Positions 28,309 through 41,284 of a stretch of 64,000 bases of DNA are shown one piece after another. The position numbers were made by a program, and so were the translations under genes. Source of the stretch: Cyanobacteria bacterium auto_48_18. Its GTDB lineage: Bacteria > Cyanobacteriota > Vampirovibrionia > Obscuribacterales > Obscuribacteraceae. The first letter of the stretch is position 1. Each line of letters starts with the position of its first letter. The stretch is from the NCBI GenBank assembly GCA_036170915.1, contig JAVHQC010000001.1, positions 1 to 64,000 of the forward strand, written 5' to 3'. The notes below the pieces were generated by a model. The model saw only the letters and a list, made by a program, of their open reading frames with translations. It was not told the origin of the DNA and made no database searches.

Positions 28309-28465
28309 AAAGCACCAGCGGCCTGAGCAGAGACACTCTTATGTCTCCTGACATCGAAGTGTAAGAAGAACTTTTGATTATGGTGCGCCAACTTGCCTTC
28401 AAGGGAGGCTAACATTGAAGAGTGAGCAATCACTGAGTATCCCGGAGAAAGAGAGAAGGTGCGCC

Positions 28466-31811
<3,346 letters not shown>

Positions 31812-31827
31812 TGCTGCGAGGCTAATT

Positions 31828-32946
31828 GTGAATCAAAAGGGCAGACTTTCGGCTTTTACCGCTACGATTTTGCTTGCTTCTGCTGCGGCGCCTTTGCTGA
31901 CGGTTGCTGAGGGCGGCTGGCAGTGCGCTTATGCCAAGGGCCAGAAGAATACCACCGACCCATCTTTTAAAAACACAAAGCTTGGTAAACAGCTATATGA
32001 GAAAAAAGATTATGACCGGGCCATCGACGCTCTTTTGCAAGCCACATATTTTGCTCGCAACGGTTACGCGCCAGAAGCGTTTTACTATTTAGGTCTCAGT
32101 TATAAAGCCAAAGGTGACAATCGCAAAGCCAAAGAGGCTCTAAAGAAGCATCTGGCGCAATCTGTTGATGATGCTGCTTTAGGCAATATTGCCATGGCCG
32201 AAGTTTTAATTGACCTTGGTGAACTGGACGGCATCGAACATTTCATTTCAGCTGCTCTGATTGGCTCAAAAGTTTACGGACCAATCTGGTGCTCGGCTCA
32301 GTATGTTCATGCCAAACTAGACGTGGCGCGTGGCCACGACGCTGATGCTGTCAATCGTTACAAAGACGCTCTTGGTCAGCGGCCCTGGACTTATTTTGAC
32401 GCCTGGATCGGACTTGCCGAATGTCTGATGAAAATGAAAAAGTGGTCTGAAGCTCATAAGTATTTAGACGATTTGCTCAACACTGATGCTGTGGTTAAAG
32501 GCATGAATTATGAGCGCACTCATCTAGATTTGGGCATCTGCTCCCTCGCCAAAGGCAATCACCAGGGCGCTATCGACAATTGGCATAAATGTCTGCAGTA
32601 TAATCCCGATAATCGCGAAGCTCATTTGCAGCTGGCCATGATTCTTGATGCTGAGAATCATATTTCGTCTTCCATTAAAGAGTATCGGCAATTTATTAGG
32701 CTCTGTGACGATCCTAAATTGCAGTATTTGCCTAAAGATGTACGTTCAAAACAAGTTGAAGATCGCATTGCCATGTTAGAGCAGAAGTTGCAGACAGAAG
32801 CACCCGCGCCGCGCCCCACTGTTTCGCCATACGCTCTAAAAGTAGAAGAGAAAGCGGCGCAAGAAAGAGAGCGCCAGGCCGAGTTAGAGCGGCAGCGCGA
32901 CCTTGAAGAGCAAATGAAGAAATTGCCGAAAGACGCCGGTTTTTAA
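31828..32946 (+). CDS. Secreted TPR-repeat protein
   Basis: Signal-like N-terminus; TPR motifs (AFYYLGLSYKAKG, AIDNWHKCLQYNP); C-terminal coiled coil; start set at GTG 31828. Confidence 0.85.
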   Translation: MNQKGRLSAFTATILLASAAAPLLTVAEGGWQCAYAKGQKNTTDPSFKNTKLGKQLYEKKDYDRAIDALLQATYFARNGYAPEAFYYLGLSYKAKGDNRKAKEALKKHLAQSVDDAALGNIAMAEVLIDLGELDGIEHFISAALIGSKVYGPIWCSAQYVHAKLDVARGHDADAVNRYKDALGQRPWTYFDAWIGLAECLMKMKKWSEAHKYLDDLLNTDAVVKGMNYERTHLDLGICSLAKGNHQGAIDNWHKCLQYNPDNREAHLQLAMILDAENHISSSIKEYRQFIRLCDDPKLQYLPKDVRSKQVEDRIAMLEQKLQTEAPAPRPTVSPYALKVEEKAAQERERQAELERQRDLEEQMKKLPKDAGF

Positions 32947-32960
32947 GTCGATACTACGAC

Positions 32961-33605
32961 TTAAAAAGGCAAAGCTGATTGTTTATAACCCTGCGGTATC
33001 TCAAAGAGAAACGGCTTGGGAGGCCGTGCCACCATTCTTGTTAGAGTGGCGGAGCTGTTGCTGTTTGGGATGCTCATAGAAACAAGACATTTGGTTTTTT
33101 GATCAAACCAAGATTCGACAACCGCATTTTTATCGCCGGGTAACTGCGAACGGTAACCGACGCAAGTGAGATTGCCATATTTGCGAAAGCCTAATTTTTC
33201 AGCATCCATACTTTTGAACATTTCTTCGTCAAAGGCTGCTAGACCCTTGTTGGGCAGTACGTCAGACATGAAAGTCTTTTGTTTTTCGTGCAAGAAATAT
33301 CTTTTCTTATTCTTAAAATCAACTATAGTGCTACTAACAGCGGTGCTATTAGGCATGGTTGATTCCAATCGCACTTTTCCCTTTCCATCGCAGTACAAAT
33401 ATAAAATCGAAAGACCTGAATTGCTTTTCTGCTCATAAGAAGCTTCGTAGGCCACTTTGGGATAAGTGGTAGTGAGATCGCGTTTCAGTTGACCAGAGTT
33501 AACTTCGTATTTGGTCACTTGCGAATAGATTGACATACCAATAATAAATGCCAGCACCACCCATAGTGGCGTTGTGCGAGTGCTGAACCAAGTGCTCGGG
33601 TTCAT
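32961..33605 (-). CDS. Membrane-anchored DUF4412/LolA-like beta-rich protein
   Basis: N-terminal TM; KVRLES, TIVDF, EKLG....G..CVGY, ESWFD, LFEIPQGYK. Confidence 0.65.
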   Translation of the reverse strand: MNPSTWFSTRTTPLWVVLAFIIGMSIYSQVTKYEVNSGQLKRDLTTTYPKVAYEASYEQKSNSGLSILYLYCDGKGKVRLESTMPNSTAVSSTIVDFKNKKRYFLHEKQKTFMSDVLPNKGLAAFDEEMFKSMDAEKLGFRKYGNLTCVGYRSQLPGDKNAVVESWFDQKTKCLVSMSIPNSNSSATLTRMVARPPKPFLFEIPQGYKQSALPF

Positions 33606-34219
33606 AGAAGCCCCTTCTTTCTCACTTCGATTGACGAGGCGAACTCCTCAAAGACGGTCATGCCGGCAAGATCTGTCTTTTTCACTGTGCCGGTTACGAG
33701 AAGCACTTTGCCTTTGAGATAAGGCATGACGTAATTGACCTGACGAATCTCAATGTCATCAACTTTGCCGGTGTGAATTATTCGGGCGCAGTTGACACCT
33801 GATGCCAATTTTGTCATTTCATTTGATTCAAGCTTAAAGCTATCGCATTGCTTTGATAGCTCATCTTCCAGCGCCTTGGCTGTTTTCTCCAGACTGCCTT
33901 TACTCTCGCGGTCGGCGATAATCAAACTGCCTTTTTCCTCAGTTGATTTTTTAACCAGCAAATCGTGGGCATAAAATGGGTTTTTAGTAGCCTGCCAACC
34001 CTTGGGCAAAGCATAAGTTAAATTGGCCGAGCGGTCAGTTTGCAATAATTCAGCGGTCGGGTGCTCTTCTTTGCTGCTATCGACGGCTTCCTGGAAAGTT
34101 TTCTTGGCCGCAGGTTGCGACTTTTTCAGGCCTGGCCAGGCCTCCACAGACACGGCGGCTGAACAGACGAGGGTCACGGAAATTGCGATTGTAAATAAGT
34201 TTTGGGTGGCCGGGCGCAT
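33602..34219 (-). CDS. Secreted hypothetical protein (PsbP/Mog1-like fold possible)
   Basis: Signal peptide; LTYALPKGW...VFEEFASSI pattern; ATGA overlap with the next gene. Confidence 0.65.
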   Translation of the reverse strand: MRPATQNLFTIAISVTLVCSAAVSVEAWPGLKKSQPAAKKTFQEAVDSSKEEHPTAELLQTDRSANLTYALPKGWQATKNPFYAHDLLVKKSTEEKGSLIIADRESKGSLEKTAKALEDELSKQCDSFKLESNEMTKLASGVNCARIIHTGKVDDIEIRQVNYVMPYLKGKVLLVTGTVKKTDLAGMTVFEEFASSIEVRKKGLL

Positions 34220-34385
34220 TTAACCGTCTCTTTCGGAATGATTTATGGGCTGATCAAAAGTCATTTGTAGCATAAACAGCCATGTTGAAAGTCTCAAGCT
34301 TTTCCTAAAAGTTTATTCTGGTAGTACTGGGGTTTCCCCTGGGTTACATTGAGGTTGGCAAGGGAATACTTAGATAGTTGATTAG

Positions 34386-35378
34386 GTGAACGCGATGCCC
34401 GAGCTTCTGGACCAACGCCCCATCAATGTCCCGGATTCGCCCGCGCGCGCCGGTATTTTCGTGGAAAATATTACCAAGACTTACAAGGGCGGCAAGGTTA
34501 AGGCTCTGAACGGCCTTTCGCTTGAGATTCACCCGGGCGAGGCTCTTGGGCTCGTGGGCCCCAATGGCGCCGGAAAAACCACCTTGCTCAGCTGCTTAAT
34601 GGGCTTTTTGCGTATTGATTCGGGCAGCATTTTGATTGATGGCGAGGCGCCAGATGCTTTAACCACTCGCCGTCTGGTGGGCTATTTACCTGAGCGGCTG
34701 ACATTCGACCGCTGGATGACCGGCCGCGATTACATGCAATATCACCATGAGTTGGCTGGTATGCCCGAATCGACCCGCAAAAGCGACTGCGAAATCTTAC
34801 TCGAGCGCGTGGAGTTACCGCCGTCGACTTGGTCCATGGCTGTGAAGAAATATTCAAGGGGAATGTTGCAGCGTCTTGGTTTTGCCCAGGCTCTGGTGGG
34901 CCAACCGCGTTATTTATTGCTCGATGAGCCGGCCTCTGGTATGGATCCCAGCGGCGTGCTTATTGTGCGTCAACTTTTGAAAGCTTTGAAGCAAGATGGC
35001 CTGACGATTTTGCTCAATTCGCACCAGCTTGATCAAATTGAAAAGGTTTGTGATCGTGTGGCTTTTCTTCAGGCTGGCACTGTCAGTCGTGTAGAAGATA
35101 TGCATGTAAAAATTGAGCAGGAGGAGAATTTGATTATTCGCTGGCTGGCCGAAGCCACTGATTTGGGTGTGGAAGATTTCGGCCGCATTGCGCAAAAAGA
35201 ATGCCTGGCCATTGCCGAAATCAATCAAGATTTCGCCCGCGTTAGCACCGCTGGTAGTGCTGCTACAGTCAAACTAATTAAGGCCCTAGTAGCCGCCGAT
35301 TTTCCTATTAACGAAGTCAGAGCTGAAGACACAAGGCTGGAACGCCTCTTCATTAAATCAAGTAAGGAGGGGTCTTAA
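34386..35378 (+). CDS. ABC-2 type transporter ATP-binding protein
   Basis: GPNGAGKTT, YSRGMLQR, LLLDEP, NSH. Confidence 0.95.
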   Translation: MNAMPELLDQRPINVPDSPARAGIFVENITKTYKGGKVKALNGLSLEIHPGEALGLVGPNGAGKTTLLSCLMGFLRIDSGSILIDGEAPDALTTRRLVGYLPERLTFDRWMTGRDYMQYHHELAGMPESTRKSDCEILLERVELPPSTWSMAVKKYSRGMLQRLGFAQALVGQPRYLLLDEPASGMDPSGVLIVRQLLKALKQDGLTILLNSHQLDQIEKVCDRVAFLQAGTVSRVEDMHVKIEQEENLIIRWLAEATDLGVEDFGRIAQKECLAIAEINQDFARVSTAGSAATVKLIKALVAADFPINEVRAEDTRLERLFIKSSKEGS

Positions 35379-35380
35379 GC

Positions 35381-36157
35381 ATGAACCGCGCTGTCTGCAT
35401 CACCACCTGGCGAGAGTTTAAAGCCAACAAAGTGCGCATTATTATGCTCACCCTTCTGTTCTTAGGACCAGTTGTAGTTTTTACAATGCGACGCTGTACT
35501 AGCCCAGAAGCGCTCAATGAAGATTTGCTTTCGCATCCGTGTATGGCCAGCTTCTTTACTTTGTTGTGGGCCGCTGGAGTGATCGGGCGTGAGGTGCAGA
35601 ACGGCACTATTGCTCTGGTTCTTGCCAGGCCCATATCAATAGCCACATATGTATATAGCAAGTGGTTTGCCGTAGCTTTTGCTGCATCGCTTTGCGCCGT
35701 GGAGGCAGTGTTTTGCGAGCATATTATTTCGGCTGTGAATTGCCCGGCGCTTTTATGGCGCACCGAATTTCTCACCAATGGTGTTGAACGCGTTTTGCTC
35801 TGCTTCGGCACAGCTGCCTTTTTGATTTTGCTGTCGTCAATGGTATCTGGCCTGAAAGATCTAGCGGTGCTGGCCGGTTATGGCTTCAGCTTCATGGTGT
35901 TTGCCTCAGTCAGTTCAATGGTGCATCACCTCTGTGCCGTTGCTCATTTTGACCCAGACCTCGTCAGCGGTGCCTTCAGGGCTATTGAACATATTTTTGC
36001 TGGCATCATTTTTCCCTATGTTCAATGGTCAGTATTTTTCTCTGGCGATCTTTTCGCATTAGGTTCAATAGTTTCCTATCTAACATTGATTACTTGTTCA
36101 CTTGCTCTGGCCATTAGAGTGCTTACACGCAAGGAGTTTTCCTATGCAGCCGACTAA
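35381..36157 (+). CDS. ABC-2 type transporter permease
   Basis: About six TM helices; IGREVQNGTIALVLARPIS..YVYSKW motif. Confidence 0.88.
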   Translation: MNRAVCITTWREFKANKVRIIMLTLLFLGPVVVFTMRRCTSPEALNEDLLSHPCMASFFTLLWAAGVIGREVQNGTIALVLARPISIATYVYSKWFAVAFAASLCAVEAVFCEHIISAVNCPALLWRTEFLTNGVERVLLCFGTAAFLILLSSMVSGLKDLAVLAGYGFSFMVFASVSSMVHHLCAVAHFDPDLVSGAFRAIEHIFAGIIFPYVQWSVFFSGDLFALGSIVSYLTLITCSLALAIRVLTRKEFSYAAD

Positions 36158-37262
36158 AAGCAAAAGCACACGCTATCAACCGAAGGGGCTCTATTTATGC
36201 GCCGGAGCATTGGCTATACTCTCAACCATCTGCAATTTTGGTGAGCAGTTTGCCTCTGACTATTTCGCCCAAATTAATGACTACCTGGCGGGCACCAGCC
36301 CAATTCAATGGCGTAGTCGCGAGCAAGCGGTCAATGAGGCAAAAGCGAAGCGTAAACCAATACTGTATGTGGTGCTTGTGAAAGGCGACGTCTACTCGAT
36401 GCGATTAAGTGGTGAAGGCCTGCACGACGCGGCGGCGGCTGCTCTAATCAACAAAAATTATATTCCCGTCAAAATCGTCTATAACGAGGCCCGCAATTAT
36501 AAAACACCCAAAGGCGATGCCAAAGTTCTGTATGATCTTGGCTTCAATATCTCTAACGGCTCGTTGATTACAGTTCCGTGGCAAATGACTGATATGCATT
36601 GCTCAGACATACTTTCTACGGCCAATCTGGCTGAAATGGGTGTGGAAGACACGACTAACCTGGAGAAAGGAAGTCGCTGGAATTACAATCAGAACTACAA
36701 TAGCTATCACACTCGCGGCCAATTTGGTGAACTTTACGGCCCCAGTTCCAAGTCAATTTTCTCAGGTTACACTGATCGCCAACAGCTGATTGATTATTTG
36801 CAGACCGCAAACCTCTGGCACCAGTTACCTGCCACCAAAGGCAAAATCGCCTGGTTGCCTGAAGAGACACTCAAGAAACCATTGACTGACAAGCCAAGGC
36901 TGATTGCCCTGGTGGAAAATTATGGTGCTTCCAGCGATGGCATGCGCCTGGACCTGTTTTGGAGAAAGTCTCAGTATGACCTGATCAATCAATCTTTTGA
37001 ACCTGTACTGGTGGAGTTTCGTCATGGCGACAAAGCTTACAACGAAAAATTCCAATACTTAAAAGATAAATATGGCGTCACTAGTTTGCCAGCACTGGTT
37101 GTAGAAGGAGCTAAACTAAAGGCACCTCTGGTGCAATTCGGAAATTCCGGCAGCAGCGGCACTGATGACTTCTTGCAATCGGCTCTCACCGGCAAAGAAA
37201 AGACTTCGCACAACTTTGAAAGGTACCCGCATGGCGCTCACTACCGCGCACACCACCATTGA
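36144..37262 (+). CDS. Membrane-anchored protein with two thioredoxin-like domains lacking CxxC
   Basis: IQW..REQAVNEAKAKRKPILY...INKNYIPVKI and IAWLP...LINQSFEPVLV...YGVTSLPALVV; start 36144 after AAGGAG. Confidence 0.7.
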   Translation: MQPTKSKSTRYQPKGLYLCAGALAILSTICNFGEQFASDYFAQINDYLAGTSPIQWRSREQAVNEAKAKRKPILYVVLVKGDVYSMRLSGEGLHDAAAAALINKNYIPVKIVYNEARNYKTPKGDAKVLYDLGFNISNGSLITVPWQMTDMHCSDILSTANLAEMGVEDTTNLEKGSRWNYNQNYNSYHTRGQFGELYGPSSKSIFSGYTDRQQLIDYLQTANLWHQLPATKGKIAWLPEETLKKPLTDKPRLIALVENYGASSDGMRLDLFWRKSQYDLINQSFEPVLVEFRHGDKAYNEKFQYLKDKYGVTSLPALVVEGAKLKAPLVQFGNSGSSGTDDFLQSALTGKEKTSHNFERYPHGAHYRAHHH

Positions 37263-38454
37263 AGTAGACGGTAAAACACTCCACATTCCGCAGGGCATAA
37301 ATTACAGCTGCTCCGGCTGCGGACGCTGCTGCAATGGTGTGGCCGTGCCCATGACCCAAGACGATTATGAGCGGGTCTCGGCCATCGACTGGAGCAAAGA
37401 ATTACCCGAGTTCGACTGGAGCCGGCAGTTCAGGATGCTCAGCGCCAAAGAAAATGACAGCTCCACTTATACGCACGCCATTCGCCCCACTAATGATGGC
37501 CACTGCCCGTTTTTGATCAACAAACTTTGCCACATCCACGCCACTCGTGGTGAGCACGTCAAGCCCCTTATTTGCGGGCTCTTCCCTTATTCGTTTAATC
37601 ACACTCCATCAGGCGTTTACCTGACGGTGAGCTTCCGCAGCAACGCGGTGCTGGGCAATATGGGCACGCCGCTGACCGAACAGATTGATACGCTTAAAGA
37701 GAAGTTTGCTGTTTACAACACTCTCTATACAGCGCGCTCGGTCATCTGGGATTCAATCAAATTGACTGTGGACAAGCCAATTAGCTGGCCGCAATATCTG
37801 GAGTATGAGCAAGGTGTGCTCACGGCACTGACTCAAGAAAATGTGCCACTCAAGCAAAGGTTGTTTGCCGCTTCAGACGCACTCTTCAAAGATTTAAATA
37901 AGCCGCCTGCTCCAGCCGAAATTGCACCACCTAAGGGCATCGACAAGAAATTTTTAGCTGGTTTGTTTGCACTTTATTTTCCTAGTGACGCCAAGTTTCT
38001 CAACAAAGATGTGGTCTTCAACGGCGTAAAATTTGCCCTTGATTTGGCCCTCAAAGCACCGAAGTTTAAGGTGGTGAACAAGTCATTTACTTTTGAGGAG
38101 TTGACTGCTTTTCCGTGGCCTAAAGGCGATGCTGAAATCGAAGATTTGCTGACCAGGTTTTTGTATTCGCGAGTCTTCGGCAAATGGTACTTTGGTGGTG
38201 GCTTTGCACAACTCAGCGTAATTGCCGGATTTCACCATCTGGCCATGCTCATTACTCTCATTCGTTTGCATTCCGCTGGCCTAGCCATCGCCCGTGGTGC
38301 CGACCAGGTGTCAATGATTGATGTAATGGTATCAGTCAGGCAGGTAGAAGAGAAAGTGCAGGAAGCTGTTCTAGACGGCTACAGTGCCGCTCTCTGGGAG
38401 CTCATGCTCTTTGCCCCCGGTCGCTTGCGCAGAGTTTTGGAAGCAAGTATTTAG
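37231..38454 (+). CDS. YkgJ/FliB-like CxxCxxCC (Zn/Fe-S chelating) protein
   Basis: YSCSGCGRCC, CPFL...CHIH, KPLICGLFPY, plus a helical C-terminal domain; start set at ATG 37231. Confidence 0.85.
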   Translation: MALTTAHTTIEVDGKTLHIPQGINYSCSGCGRCCNGVAVPMTQDDYERVSAIDWSKELPEFDWSRQFRMLSAKENDSSTYTHAIRPTNDGHCPFLINKLCHIHATRGEHVKPLICGLFPYSFNHTPSGVYLTVSFRSNAVLGNMGTPLTEQIDTLKEKFAVYNTLYTARSVIWDSIKLTVDKPISWPQYLEYEQGVLTALTQENVPLKQRLFAASDALFKDLNKPPAPAEIAPPKGIDKKFLAGLFALYFPSDAKFLNKDVVFNGVKFALDLALKAPKFKVVNKSFTFEELTAFPWPKGDAEIEDLLTRFLYSRVFGKWYFGGGFAQLSVIAGFHHLAMLITLIRLHSAGLAIARGADQVSMIDVMVSVRQVEEKVQEAVLDGYSAALWELMLFAPGRLRRVLEASI

Positions 38455-38501
38455 AGTGCTGGTTGTTCGCTTTCTTCTGGATCTTTGAGGTTTTAGAACA
38501 G

Positions 38502-39836
38502 ATGCAACCAAGTAGAGATTTGCACCCGGACAATCAGCCGGTAGACGTGGATAAAGAGGCAAGCGATCTACTTCCCAGTCAGCTGCTTCGCGATTTGGAA
38601 GGTCGCAACAGTCTGTTGAGTGCCAGACAACTGAGCACAAAGCTCGAACTTTCGCCCGCCGGCAGCAGTCTTGAAATACCTAAAGCCTTAGAGTCAGTCG
38701 AATCGAATCGACAAATCGCAAAGAGTGCCGAATCATTTGCCAGAGCCAATCATTTTGAGCTAGAAGCCCGTGGCAATGATTTTGTTTACGGTATGCAAGT
38801 TGGAGGAAAGAAGCTCGAACTGATTCGAACTCCAGCGACAGAAAAAGGTTTGAGAGAGGCCGAGGAGCAGTTAAAAGAACTGGTCAGGCAAGAAGCCATT
38901 AACTTGGAGAAGACTTACAAGATTTCCATTGCACAACAAGGCGAGCCTGTAGACTACCAGAGAAGTTCGTCAGATAGTCCGAAGTCGGATCACATTGTAT
39001 TGGCTCGCGCTCCAGAACTTTTCGATCTCTATGGCGTTCGAGCTGCCCTCGAGAAGAGTCCTTCAAGTGCTTCAGGGCGAGATGGTCAGGGCTTGAAATT
39101 TTTCTGGCTCAACGAGAAAGTCATCACTGAAATTGGTCCATACGCGACTTTTCAGACTGATCAGAATGGGCGTGGCAGCGTATATATTTGGCCAGCCGCA
39201 AGAGAGATCAAACATGCCACAGAAGACGATTTGACTGAGTCGCAGAGAAAGATTTCTTACTACACTAGAGAAAGAGAAGTAAGCTGGCAAAGTATCATAC
39301 TTCATGAGTTGGGTCACAACACCGCTGACAAGCTTGGATACGAAAAGAAATCGAGTGTGAATGAAATCGTCTCAGAGCTAAGTGCTGCCGGAGAGAAGTT
39401 AGCTGAAGATATTGGCTGGGTCAAACGCAGAGATGTGGAGAATTCAGGAGAGGACTGGCTATTGGTCGGCAAGAGCGTAGACGACAACGGAAAGCCTGCC
39501 ACTTTCGTGCCAGACCACAACAACATCTTCTTTAGCTCCTATCTGCGCTGGCGCGCCGATGGCGGAGCTGTGAATGCAAAAGGAAAAGTTGTACCGGCAC
39601 ACGAAGGACAAAAACTATCCGAGCAAGAGATGATGGCAGAGGCTCTCGTAACACCTCCAACCTTCTATTTTGATAATCCTGCCGAGCTTTACGCTGAAGG
39701 CATGAAGCTCTATCGCCTTGGCGACAGTGCTAGATCGCATCTGCAAAAAGTCAGCCCGAAACTCTACGAAATAGTCAAACGAGACAATCAGCGTGAAATA
39801 GACTTTCCTAAGCTTGCCTCTCCAAAAATTGACTGA
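38502..39836 (+). CDS. Putative zinc metallopeptidase with anthrax-lethal-factor-like motifs
   Basis: ILHELGH (HExxH at 39303-39317), downstream NPAELYAE and LQKVSPKLYEIV; no signal peptide. Confidence 0.65.
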   Translation: MQPSRDLHPDNQPVDVDKEASDLLPSQLLRDLEGRNSLLSARQLSTKLELSPAGSSLEIPKALESVESNRQIAKSAESFARANHFELEARGNDFVYGMQVGGKKLELIRTPATEKGLREAEEQLKELVRQEAINLEKTYKISIAQQGEPVDYQRSSSDSPKSDHIVLARAPELFDLYGVRAALEKSPSSASGRDGQGLKFFWLNEKVITEIGPYATFQTDQNGRGSVYIWPAAREIKHATEDDLTESQRKISYYTREREVSWQSIILHELGHNTADKLGYEKKSSVNEIVSELSAAGEKLAEDIGWVKRRDVENSGEDWLLVGKSVDDNGKPATFVPDHNNIFFSSYLRWRADGGAVNAKGKVVPAHEGQKLSEQEMMAEALVTPPTFYFDNPAELYAEGMKLYRLGDSARSHLQKVSPKLYEIVKRDNQREIDFPKLASPKID

Positions 39837-39868
39837 TCAGGTCTCGGGCTTTGTTGCCGATGCAGTGT

Positions 39869-41023
39869 TTACTGCTGTGGTGAATTCTCCTTTTTGTAAT
39901 AGCGCGGAATGGTTAAACCGCCGTGAGATCCTGAAGCTTCTTCCAATGCCCCCACCACGCCGTATAAACGAGCTGTGCCGCCGCCCGCTGATTGGTATTT
40001 GAGATTTTCTATATTTGATTCCACGGTGTCGGCATGGCTTTGTTCGCCTAACTGCACAGACATGTTTTTCACAGCAAGACCAAGAGGCACCGACGTATTT
40101 CCGCCGCTGAATTTAGCTCTGTTATTTAGGACGACGTTGAAATTATCCAGATTGCCGATACCGGTTTCCATTTGGCTGTCACCACTTGCGGCTACGTCTA
40201 CATTGCCGCGCACATCCTTTATAGTGACTTTGGAGGAGCCGTCTAATTTGATGGCACATGGTTTTGCGCTGGTGCTCAGTTTGTCGAGACGAATGCGACC
40301 ATTTTCCGTGGCCGTAATATTGCAATCACCGCTGACCTCGCCTACACCAAGTTCACCGCTGCCACTGCTGGCGATGGTGAGCGCACCTGAGGACCAATTA
40401 TCAACTTGAGCAGGAAGGTTACCTCTCCAATTAAGAGCCACTGCACCCGTATAATTTTCAGGCACCACAATTTGCATGCAGTCAACTTCATTGTCGCTGC
40501 CTTTGCGGCCTGATCCGTTTTGCACACGATGTCCGTTCACAAATATGCCTTCGCCGTTTATTTCCAGGCCTTTGACGCCTTTCCTTACCGCTTTCTTTTC
40601 TACGGGTAATTTTTTGCCGTCGATATAGATGCCGGTGGTGACCATGTTGATGCTCCCACCAACGCCATCGTCAACAGTGCCCTGACCAATCAAAGTATGG
40701 CGATTCTGAGTGCGATATACACCGCGATAACACTTAGCTACTTTGGTCTGAGTTACCTGGCCGCGATCGTCCACTAACCAGTGCCTGGGGTAGTTGACTC
40801 TGATTTCAATATCATTGCGGGCCTCGTGAGTAAGGTCGAAATCAGCGTTGTTTATGTCTAGATTGAGCGGCGAGCTGGCTGGCAATCTAATTGCCGTTTG
40901 CATTGGCTTTAAATCATAGGCCGATAGTTTCTTTGTTTTGGCCTCGGCGGTCAGAGTGAATGTGAGCGCCATCATCAGTGAAAGGCCAAGAGCGCGTGAT
41001 ATTGGCTGGGGCGATGATTTCAT
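39869..41023 (-). CDS. Secreted GIN/DUF2807-like beta-helical adhesin-type protein
   Basis: Signal peptide ending AEA/K; repeated ~19-aa units (LTIASSGSGEL, IKLDGSSKVTI, VAASGDSQM). Confidence 0.65.
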   Translation of the reverse strand: MKSSPQPISRALGLSLMMALTFTLTAEAKTKKLSAYDLKPMQTAIRLPASSPLNLDINNADFDLTHEARNDIEIRVNYPRHWLVDDRGQVTQTKVAKCYRGVYRTQNRHTLIGQGTVDDGVGGSINMVTTGIYIDGKKLPVEKKAVRKGVKGLEINGEGIFVNGHRVQNGSGRKGSDNEVDCMQIVVPENYTGAVALNWRGNLPAQVDNWSSGALTIASSGSGELGVGEVSGDCNITATENGRIRLDKLSTSAKPCAIKLDGSSKVTIKDVRGNVDVAASGDSQMETGIGNLDNFNVVLNNRAKFSGGNTSVPLGLAVKNMSVQLGEQSHADTVESNIENLKYQSAGGGTARLYGVVGALEEASGSHGGLTIPRYYKKENSPQQ

Positions 41024-41143
41024 CTGGGCGCTTCTCTTAGAGTGTGACTACAAAAGCACTACTTGGTTTTTTCACGGTTTAGGAGTTTTTGATAATTTTG
41101 GCCGTGGGTTGACCTACTGCCTTTTGCGCGCCTAAGAAATTTT

Positions 41144-41183
41144 ACAACTCTTAAGTTGTAAAATTACACAACCTAGAGGTTGT
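41144..41183. promoter_or_regulatory. Twin palindrome element, copy 2 (ACAAC-N6-GTTGT x2, 24-bp period)
   Basis: ACAACTCTTAAGTTGT (41144-41159, flanked TTTT/AAAA) and ACAACCTAGAGGTTGT (41168-41183). Confidence 0.75.
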
Positions 41184-41284
41184 AAAAAAACTATAGACAG
41201 CAGATCAAGACTCCCTGACCGGAAGCCCAAAACTGCCAGAAACCCGACAAAACGGCCTAAAAACACCTAGCCGCGCAAAACTAA

